A stretch of DNA of 63,697 nucleotides, counting the filler, from Octopus bimaculoides (Eukaryota): NCBI RefSeq assembly GCF_001194135.2. It is 7 parts of 7 records of this genome, joined end to end, with 100 filler letters (N's around TTAATTAATTAA, not from the genome) between each part and the next. Parts side by side here need not be neighbours in the genome. Positions count along the whole stretch, not along the records: positions 33,506 to 54,530 come from NC_068982.1; positions 54,631 to 56,807 come from NW_026317853.1; positions 56,908 to 60,248 come from NC_068985.1; positions 60,349 to 62,443 come from NW_026341794.1; positions 62,544 to 63,697 come from NW_026370680.1; 2 more parts are not named here. The stretch is one strand, 5' to 3'. Shown piece by piece: positions 53,363 to 63,697 of the stretch. A program made the translations under genes and the position numbers. Within the stretch, counting starts at the first letter, position 1, and every line of letters starts with the position of its first letter. The notes under the pieces are model-generated. The model was not told the origin of the DNA and did no database searches. It worked only from the letters and a program-made list of their open reading frames with translations.

Positions 53363-53734
53363 TACATATTTTATTATGTGTGATTGTAATTGTTTTAATT
53401 CACAATTTGGTGAACTAAATATCATTGTGGAGCGTATATGTGTTTGATTTTTGTTACTTTTTATACGCACAATTTATAGTGCTACAGTTTATATATTATA
53501 AAATTATATATAAATTGTTAAGCAAGTTTTAAAAAAAATTTTTTAGTAGATACAACGTCAAGGTAGTTTATAAAAAGAGAAGGAGGAGAAAGAAAGAAAT
53601 TAGTAATAGTGGAGAGATAGAGAGCGATAGGGGAATTAGAATAAAGCCTATAGGCATGGAAGTAGATATATTTAGTGGTATTGAAATGTAAGAAGACAGT
53701 CAAAGATCGAATTTTATAGAATGTTAGAAATCAA

Positions 53735-54180
53735 TTATAGAAACTAAAGGTATGTTTCTGTCAATGTTTGCAACGATAAACGCGCTCTATAAACGTGTTT
53801 CCAAGGAGATTCTCTGAGAACAGGATAAAGTATTCTCACTGTTACAAAGCAGACAAACAGATTTACTTTTATCATTTGGAAAAGACAGAAAATATTCCAT
53901 TCCAAATCAAATTGTTTATTTTGATCCTTTAGATACAAGATTAATTTACTAAACCCAGCATTGTTGCGTTTATTGGTATGTCTAAATGTAGAGTAAAGAT
54001 TAGATTTTCTTTTGGACAAATGAGATGAAAAAAATGAGGTATAAAAAAAGACGTCAGAACCGGAAGTAATTTTACATTAAAAAATATCAATAAACGTAAC
54101 AATACTGGGCTTAGTAAATTAATATGGTATCTAAAGGATCAAAATAAACAATTTGATTTGGAATGGAATATTCTCTCGGT
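53735..54180 (-). mobile_element. Penelope-like C-terminal fragment with inverted partial duplicate
   Basis: Minus frame STFRHTNKRNNAGFSKLILYLKDQNKQFDLEWNI resembles the Penelope ELSKxIWxLKD...WxI motif. About 85 bp is repeated in inverted orientation (53889-53974 vs 54089-54173). Confidence 0.7.
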
Positions 54181-54384
54181 ATCTTTTAGCTCCATTTATT
54201 TATTTATCTATATTATTCAAAAACATTTCACCTAAACCTTGAGTTTCTACCTTTATAAGTAGGCTGTTACATCCTTAGTACTTGTGTGAATTTTTGCTAC
54301 CCTGATAACTATTTATTTATTTTTTCCGTGTTATTTGAAAACACTGAGAAACACACATACATTTATATATATGGGAGAATATAC

Positions 54385-54530
54385 AAAAAATAACAACAGA
54401 CGAGGACAGGTGGTGTAAATAACAAAAGTATATATTAGTATGACGCTCGGGAATACGGAAAGTCTTTGACGTTTCGAGCTACGCTCTTCAACAGAAAGAA
54501 TACGGAGACAAGGAGAAAAACACGGAGAAA
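54385..54530 (-). mobile_element. Penelope pLTR-like terminus with hammerhead-like motif (related copies at 56925-57105 and 48680-48870)
   Basis: The three copies share the ...GAGGAC...GACGCTC...GACGTTTCG... layout. Minus strand 54499-54463 reads TCTTT CTGTTGA A GAGC GTA GCTC GAAAC GTC AAAGA. Confidence 0.55.
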
Positions 54531-55234
54531 NNNNNNNNNNNNNNNNNNNNNNNNNNNNNNNNNNNNNNNNNNNNTTAATTAATTAANNNNNNNNNNNNNN
54601 NNNNNNNNNNNNNNNNNNNNNNNNNNNNNNATATATATATATATACATACATACATTTCTCTCTATATATAATTGTAGATAAGTATGTGTATCCAGGATT
54701 CCGAAAGGTTTGTTGGAATGCATTTGTCATTATGAAAGCTTGTCTGCTTTACCAAAATGACACTATAATATATATTTAATGGGTCTATCCCCGGATTTCC
54801 GCCATTCCACTGCACTAAATAAATAAATTAATACACTACAAAGGCAAAGAACAAGATATCAACCATTAGTGAATACCCGAACATTATTGCTTACTCTGCT
54901 CCACCCTGGCCGTATATTTCTGAAGAACGTATACATAGGCGCAGGCGTGGCTGCCTGGTAAGAAGTTTGCTTTCCGATTGCATGGTTCCGGGTTCAGTCC
55001 CACCATCGTGGGTCTATAAAAACAATAAGAATAGATGTTGGAATTGGTGTGGCAACTGCATTTAGTTCTATGGAGATCTGAAAATGTGCAAAATTTGTAC
55101 AAAGTTTGATCCCTGAGTTGTTAGTGACGAGAATCCTGGTAAGCAACTACTTAGCAGGAATGGGAATCGAAACCGTCCTCACTCCCTTCAGTCTAGACCT
55201 TGTTACCTATTCTTTTATGCATTTATTGTTTTTT

Positions 55235-55662
55235 TTCTCTTACTTGTTTCAGTCATTTGACTGCGGCCACGCGGGAGCTTCGCCTTAGACGGTTTTTCTC
55301 GAAAAAATCGACCCCAGGACTTATTCTTTGTAAACCTAGTACTTATTCTATCAGACTCTTTCACTGAACCGCTAGATTACGGGAACATAAGCACACCAAC
55401 ATCGGTTGTCAAGCGATAGTGAGGGTACAAACACGGATACACATGCATACGCATACACACACATATATGTATACGCACACACACATACACACATTTATAT
55501 GACGGACTTTTTTCAGTTTCCGCCTACCAAATCTGCTCTCAAGACTTTGGTTGGCCCGAGGCTATAGTAGAAGATACTTTCCCAAGATGCCACGCAGAGG
55601 GACTGAATCTGGAACCATGTGGTTAGGAAGCAAGATTCTTATGACACGGCCACGCTCGCGCC
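55235..55662 (-). mobile_element. Family-2 plus family-3 SINE pair
   Basis: Same order and orientation as 47194-47644. Confidence 0.8.
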
Positions 55663-55734
55663 TTTTTTGTTTTATTTTTTCTTTGTCTACGCTGACGAAG
55701 GACCCCCAGGAGCTATCGTTCTGGAGATAAAGAT

Positions 55735-55900
55735 GGCTGTATTAAAAATTCCTGGACTTTCACTTTAGGGGATTTCCATGGGTGGCTTTGGACGAAGTTG
55801 CTGGAGCGCTACAACGAGTGCTTGATGTGAAAGTATCCTTCTTTGAAGGATATCAGAGTTTTCTACTTATTTGAAATAAACAAATGTCTCTCCTGGAAAA
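55735..55900 (+). mobile_element. Internally deleted mariner remnant
   Basis: TIR-like GTATTAAAAATTCCTGGACT followed by a degraded mariner C-terminus (KLLERYNEC...FEG-like). Confidence 0.4.
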
Positions 55901-56143
55901 AAGTCTACAAGCGTCAGGAATGTACCTTGCCTATAGGAATCGTCTGGAATATTTCACACACATACACGACAGACATGCATGAGACCAAACACACACACAT
56001 ATATATATATATATATGAAGTTACGTATACTCATTACGAGAAACACGTACACACATGAAACGTTACACGCTTAGATACGTTTTCTATACACTCATATACG
56101 TATACAAACAAATAAATTCATATATATATATGCATATGTATGC

Positions 56144-56182
<39 letters not shown>

Positions 56183-56631
56183 ATATAGATACATATATAT
56201 ATGATATATGTATAAAAACATACGTGTGTATGTGTGTTTANNNNNNNNNNAGAAAGCGAAAGCATCAATTTACCAATTTACATTCTTCTTCAATCCATTA
56301 CTTCATAAACACATTATCTCAGAGTTACCCAGGTCAGTCTGTAAATTTTTATATATTTCTATCCGTCAATGTTACAGTACCCGACATTGTCATCGAGTAC
56401 TTTTTCTTTATATTGCATAGTTTTACTTCATATATTAGGTGTTTTTTGTTTGTTTTTCATGTTTTCTTATATATTTTGTGTTCCTTGCTTCTTTTATACA
56501 CTTGCTAACTTCACGTTAATGTTATGAAACGGCAGACTACAACAGTTATCGGTCACTTAGCGCAGTCATATATACTCCCTCCAACGTATATCTATATAAA
56601 TGTATGCGTAAATAACATCGTATATAAATGT

Positions 56632-56666
<35 letters not shown>

Positions 56667-57104
56667 ACACACACACACACAGATATACATGCTTACAAAC
56701 ATATATACATATATACACGTATTAGTGCATACATGTAGGTGCATGTTTCTCTTTGTATATCTGTTTTTGTCTCTCTCTCTATATGAGTGTGCGTGTGTAT
56801 CCGCGCGNNNNNNNNNNNNNNNNNNNNNNNNNNNNNNNNNNNNNNNNNNNNTTAATTAATTAANNNNNNNNNNNNNNNNNNNNNNNNNNNNNNNNNNNNN
56901 NNNNNNNTATATAGTTCAAAAACACAATAACAAAAAAACAAAAAAACAACAAAGTGAGGACGTGATATGGATAGTATTATTGGACGCTCAGGAAAGGAAA
57001 GAGAGAGTGTATGACGTTTCGGGCGTAGCCCTTCGTCGGAAAGATGGAAAGTTCGGAGAATGGAAGAACGGAGAAAGAGGAAAATGGTACCGATGCCCAC
57101 GAGG

Positions 57105-57161
<57 letters not shown>

Positions 57162-57661
57162 ATGTATGTATATATATATGTGTGTGTATACAGGGTAGTC
57201 GCTAGAAAAGCGGAAAATTCGTGAAATGTCCATTTATATTTTTACAAGATCTATTTGAGGTAAACAATAAGCATCAAAGTTTCTGCTTTTCTGGCGACCC
57301 CTAATATATACTAGTTTCTTTTTCTTCTTTTACTTGTTTCAGCGTTTGGACTACGGTCATGCTGGATTACTTCCTTGGAGTGTTTTACTCGAACAAATCG
57401 AATTCAGTATTTATTCGTAAGTCTGAGACATAAGTAGAAAACATAAAAATAAAGACTTGGGTCTATTGGTCTCAAGGGGACAAACACAGACACAAAGACG
57501 CACGCGCGCACGCACGCATGCACGCACACACGCACACAGACGCACAAGGACATACGCATATGGCACACACATATACATACACAGGGAGACAAGTCACGTC
57601 TAACATGTTTTCCTTTCCAACTATGTTGTCTTTAACTCTATCCCGGACACGAGCAGGCTTA

Positions 57662-57705
<44 letters not shown>

Positions 57706-58127
57706 TGCACATGTATACACATTCACATACACATAAACACACACACACACACGCACACACACACACACACACAGACACACACACACACACGCACTGTACA
57801 CAGAGACATAATCAATATTGCTTCACTTTCACCTCCTACCTCCATTCGCCTCTTCCTACTCCTTTTTCTCCCTACAGTCACCTCCTCCCACACTCAAAGA
57901 CTCTACCCTTGTATATAACTTCCTCTTTTCCCCCTTTTCCTTCTCGTCTCTCCTTGCTCTTCCTTTTACTTCCCTGCCAATATATATCTCCACCCCTTTT
58001 TTATTGCTATTTCTCACTCTACGATTCCTCCTACGCCTCCCACTCCTCATTACTTCTGTAACTCCCTCAATCTCAACGCCGATATCTCACTCATCTTTTC
58101 CTCTTATTTTACCACAGCTTCGGTCAC

Positions 58128-59165
<1,038 letters not shown>

Positions 59166-59479
59166 AGAAATGACCGAATCAAGGAGTTTATTACGTCACT
59201 GAATTTTCTCTATTGCGCAAGAGAAAAAGCTCAGTAACACCAACGACACCGGCGGCGGCGGCGGCGGCGGCGGCGACGTCAATCGTAACAGCAAAAACAA
59301 TGCAAGAAACTTAAAGACTGCCCAATCGATAGATGTTTCCACAACAAACCAAAGCGTTGAGAATTCGGATCTTGTGATTGGCACTATATAACGAGACGGT
59401 CCGATTCACAAAACTTTAAGAGATATAGCTACGTCTTCCATTCCTATTATAATTCATTTTACGTTTAGGAAGCTATATG

Positions 59480-59620
59480 CAAATATTAAATCATCGCAGG
59501 TAATTGACTGGCGTTTATTTTATTGTATCATCTCCCTGAAATGATGAAAGACGATGTGAACTGCTGCTGGATTTGAACCCAGAACGTAAAATACCGTAAA
59601 TAAATGCCGCATGCATTTTG
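59480..59620 (-). mobile_element. Degenerate family-1 SINE (another partial copy at about 61335-61409)
   Basis: GAAATGATGAAAG...GGATTTGAACCCAGAACGTAAA. Confidence 0.6.
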
Positions 59621-60017
59621 TTGTTATATCCCCGTCGTATGTAGCTGAGAGTTAAGTATAACAGGCGTGAGCAGACAACGGTGAGTTAAAAATAACCCAG
59701 CTATCGTGGGTCCAAGATTTGGGGCAAGACAGGGGCAAAGAACCACTTTTGATCAGAGGCTGTGGGGAAGTCTCCTTCTAAGCAGAGCATCACTCTGGTT
59801 TATAACTCTTCTATTACGTTGTAAGTACATTATAAATGCTACATGTGAATATATATGTGTGCATGTATGTATGTATGTATGTATGTATGTATGTATGTAT
59901 ATGTGTATGCATGTATATGTGTATGTATGTATGTATGTAGGTAGGTAGGTAGGTAGGTAGGTAGGTATTTATGTATGTATGTGCATCTACCTGTCTATCT
60001 ATCGTTCTATATGTATA

Positions 60018-60177
60018 GGCACAGGTGTGGCTGTGTGTTAACAAGTTTGCTTTCCAGCCGCATAGTTCCAGGTTCAGTCCTACTGCGTAGAACCTTGGGC
60101 ATGTGTTTTCTACTATAGACTCAAGCTGACCAATGTCTTGTGACTGGATCTGGTAGACGAAGACTGAAAAAAGCTCG

Positions 60178-60178
<1 letters not shown>
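60018..60178 (+). mobile_element. Family-3 tRNA-SINE (partial or degenerate copies at about 54947-55015, 32790-32935 and 36240-36355)
   Basis: AGGCACAGGTGTGGCTGTGTG...GGTTCAGTCC head, ending in (TG)n. Confidence 0.75.
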
Positions 60179-60248
<70 letters not shown>

Positions 60249-63149
60249 NNNNNNNNNNNNNNNNNNNNNNNNNNNNNNNNNNNNNNNNNNNNTTAATTAA
60301 TTAANNNNNNNNNNNNNNNNNNNNNNNNNNNNNNNNNNNNNNNNNNNNACCGCGAGTCCGCTGCCCTAACCACTGGGCCATTGCGCCTCCACACAAGGTA
60401 AGATTACTACCTGCTTTTATAGGAAGTCGACGACAGATATCTCAAAAAGAACTAATCAACATCATTGGTTGTCACTGAGTTACTGGTTTTACAACGGAGC
60501 TTTCCTTCTAAAGCGATGCCCTAACAAGGACTAGGGGGTCACTCACTCCCAGTAATATGGTACATCATGCCTACATATTAATTCACATGGTTCTCTACAA
60601 ACTAAGCCTGTTGAGCTTGCCCATTATTGAAAATGTCTCAATTCTCTGCGCAGCCACAGTATTTTCTGCATCAGAGTCACCAGGTTTTCAATGCTTCTTG
60701 CAGGAAATACCGCAGTCTATGAGAAATACCAGGATGAATCATATGGACAGTTTGGATGGCTGTTGATTTTAATGAGTTCATCCGCCCTTTGACAGGTTTT
60801 GTTTTACGTCTTGCAGGGTGTCTCAGTCACCCTCATCATTAAGCAAGCTTTGTGGGGACTGCCAGTTTTGTCGCCGACGGTCCGACCATGTCACAGGTTG
60901 TAGTGGATTACATGTTACCAGTAGCGCTCACAAGTGACCTGACATATATAAGTAAAACTACATAATTGAATTTTCAAGATGAAAAGTACAGTGGTCAGCA
61001 CCTAGATGTTTAGCTCTTGACCCTTAAATCTATTGGTTTATCGCCCAGCCATTAAGGAAAAACGCCCTCAAATGTTTATAAAGCGTAACTAATTTAAGAA
61101 AGATAAGTAAAGAGGATACGTAACGCTCAAATAATACCACATATGAAACGAATGTAAGCCACAACGCTATTGAGTATGGATAAATCATCGTCATTTCAAC
61201 AACTTCTGATGATAACAGCTAATTTTGGGATCATAAGCAAACCAACACCGGTTGTCAAGCGTTAGGTAAAAGAAACACAAACACACAAAGAAACACACAT
61301 AGATATATAGACATATTTATACATATGAATAATAATTTCAAATTTTGGCACAAAGCCAGCAAATTCGAAGGTGGAGACAACTCGATTACATTGGACCCCA
61401 GTGTTTAACNNNNNNNNNNNNNNNNNNNNNNNNNNNNNNNNNNNNNNNNNNNNNNNNNNNNNNNNNNNNNNNNNNNNNNNNNNNNNNNNNNNNNNNNNNN
61501 NNNNNNNNNNNNNNNNNNNNNNNNNNNNNNNNNNNNNNNNNNNNNNNNNNNNNNNNNNNNNNNNNNNNNNNNNNNNNNNNNNNNNNNNNNNNNNNNNNNN
61601 NNNNNNNNNNNNNNNNNNNNNNNNNNNNNNNNNNNNNNNNNNNNNNNNNNNNNNNNNNNNNNNNNNNNNNNNNNNNNNNNNNNNNNNNNNNNNNNNNNNN
61701 NNNNNNNNNNNNNNNNNNNNNNNNNNNNNNNNNNNNNNNNNNNNNNNNNNNNNNNNNNNNNNNNNNNNNNNNNNNNNNNNNNNNNNNNNNNNNNNNNNNN
61801 NNNNNNNNNNNNNNNNNNNNNNNNNNNNNNNNNNNNNNNNNNNNNNNNNNNNNNNNNNNNNNNNNNNNNNNNNNNNNNNNNNNNNNNNNNNNNNNNNNNN
61901 NNNNNNNNNNNNNNNNNNNNNNNNNNNNNNNNNNNNNNNNNNNNNNNNNNATATATATATATATATATACGTGTTTAGTATACCTTTCTCTGCTACTGTT
62001 ATACAAATTGGCCATACATAATAACCTCTCTTTCCTCATTTACGTTTTAATTATAGAAGTTATTCTGGTCCTTGAATATTCTCTTAACTTTTGTCTGTCT
62101 GAAGACGTGGTAAATGAGACAACTGCTGTGCTGACGAAGCCTACCGAGGCAGAAACATGTCTCACAACACTATTCTTATTCTTAATGATATGTCAACCCC
62201 GGAAAATTGGTGATTGCTTCAGATTTTATCCGTTTTTCATTCAGAGACAATTACAATTGCTGTTAAGTGTTTGTTTACTTTCTCTCAAAGCGAAGTTTAA
62301 GTTCAATAATTCAACAATTTAACTTGTGTGCTATTTAGCACACCATTCTTTGTGCCTATATTTGCATATGTGTATATGTGTGTATTTATGTGTGTGTGCA
62401 CTACTGTGTGGTGGTGGTGGTGGTGGTGGTGGTGTGTGTGTGTNNNNNNNNNNNNNNNNNNNNNNNNNNNNNNNNNNNNNNNNNNNNTTAATTAATTAAN
62501 NNNNNNNNNNNNNNNNNNNNNNNNNNNNNNNNNNNNNNNNNNNGTTAGAAGAAAAAGTAATGAAAAAAATGTGTTGAAAGGAAAAAAAATCTCAAAGTGG
62601 GGAGGTGTTGTGGCGGGACGTCCTCAGGGAAGAAGTGGGCTGGTCCACTACTAGTAGTGGACCGGTCAGTAGGGTCAGTCCACGTGATATTTTTTGAATC
62701 ATTTTTGATTCTTGTCAGTTAAATTGATATATACTTGTTGAAGGTCTCTCGTAAGGGTGAACCTACTTGTTGAATAGCTATTGTTTTACCGTGAGAAAAG
62801 CGCTGTTGAAGTGTTAAGTGAAATTTGGCAATCGAGGATCGAATCCACGCTGTGCCTGCATGAAGCCACTACAAATACGTTGTGGAGTAAAAAATTTATC
62901 TACTGTCATGGAGAAAGTGTAACTGTAAAAATGCAGCATTATCGGAGTAATGGGCATTCAAAAAAGTATATATGTATAAAAATATATGAATGAAGAGATT
63001 CAAATTAAGGAAGCGCAATAATAATGTTTAGCAGTACAAAATTGTGAGTAGTGAAATGCAGAATTAGGTTGGCTGATCGTTGATTCAAAGTAATCGAACA
63101 TAAACAATGAAATGTGTTATTTCCCTTGAGTGTTTAAAAAATATTGAGT

Positions 63150-63390
63150 TGGTGGTATGAGTTATTTCCCTTACGTGTTAAAAAAATTTAGTTATATAAG
63201 GTATATATAAAGGTCCCTTCCAGGAGCCGTATTATCGAGTTTTTCAACAATCTAAGTATGTCACGAGGTTTCCATACATGAGTTCTACTCACGTGTCAAG
63301 TTTCATCAAAATCAATAAAAAGATGTAGGAAGAGTTACATAACAACACCACAAACAACCACACCGATTTCCCACATATATAGTAGATATA
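63150..63390 (+). mobile_element. Possible non-autonomous Helitron/Helentron-like 3' end
   Basis: GTGTCAAGTTTCATCAAAATC...GGAAGAGTT...CATATATAGTAGAT layout resembles such elements as I recall them; weak. Confidence 0.3.
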
Positions 63391-63697
63391 TAAAAATATA
63401 TATATATATATATATATTGTTACACTGCATGCGGCCTTCCGAAACCACCTACAACACAACAGTCTGTGTCCGATAACTCAGAAGATCGCGTAGGTGAGCT
63501 CAACAAACCAACTTGCTTAGAGCAGAAGAAGTAGTAGTCAAAGAAGTCAGGAGAGTTGAAAATAACAATCAAAACCGTTGAGTATAAGCAAAATACAAGA
63601 AAATTAAGAGGTCAATAACATTTATAGAATAAATAAACAGTTAAGAGAGTTTTTTTTTAGAGAGTTTTTTCATTTACCTCTGAAATGTGTAGACTTC

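Noticed and set aside
55844-55853. ATATCCTTC on the minus strand as the U12 donor partner
   Set aside because: It lies in a mariner remnant and the preceding sequence does not encode tubulin. Weaker matches at about 42575, 51655 and 61115 fail for the same reason.

Overview
AT-rich eukaryotic draft-assembly window: about 15% N gaps, dense microsatellites, and six TTAATTAATTAA gap linkers. The SINE families and repeat landscape look like an octopus genome; this is inferred from recalled repeat sequences, not from a search. Almost every ORF in the supplied track is a microsatellite or N artefact. The one host gene I can support is the 3' half of a delta/zeta-class tubulin, most likely zeta-tubulin, on the minus strand. 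Its three exons are 32738-32597, 31721-31564 and 30062-29991; they are phase-compatible and end ...KAYLHWYWKHGASQNDFENAFETVQSIIDNYEALATS*. The most 5' visible exon has no AG acceptor but does have a U12-type branch point followed by AC, so it may follow an AT-AC minor-spliceosome intron. Both downstream introns contain long gapless stem-loops that pair slightly better on the gene's sense strand, and a third hairpin lies just past the putative polyA signal. The rest is transposon debris: many tRNA-derived SINEs; R4/Dong-, CR1-, L1/Tx1- and Penelope-like fragments; a DD37D (maT) Tc1/mariner element with TIRs; and a pogo-like MITE. Two elements stand out. One is a 589-bp foldback with an 8-bp TSD, nested inverted repeats and a central (TAACCC)n/(GGGTTA)n telomere-repeat palindrome. 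The other is a tRNA-headed SINE whose tail carries a Penelope-type minimal hammerhead-ribozyme-like motif.
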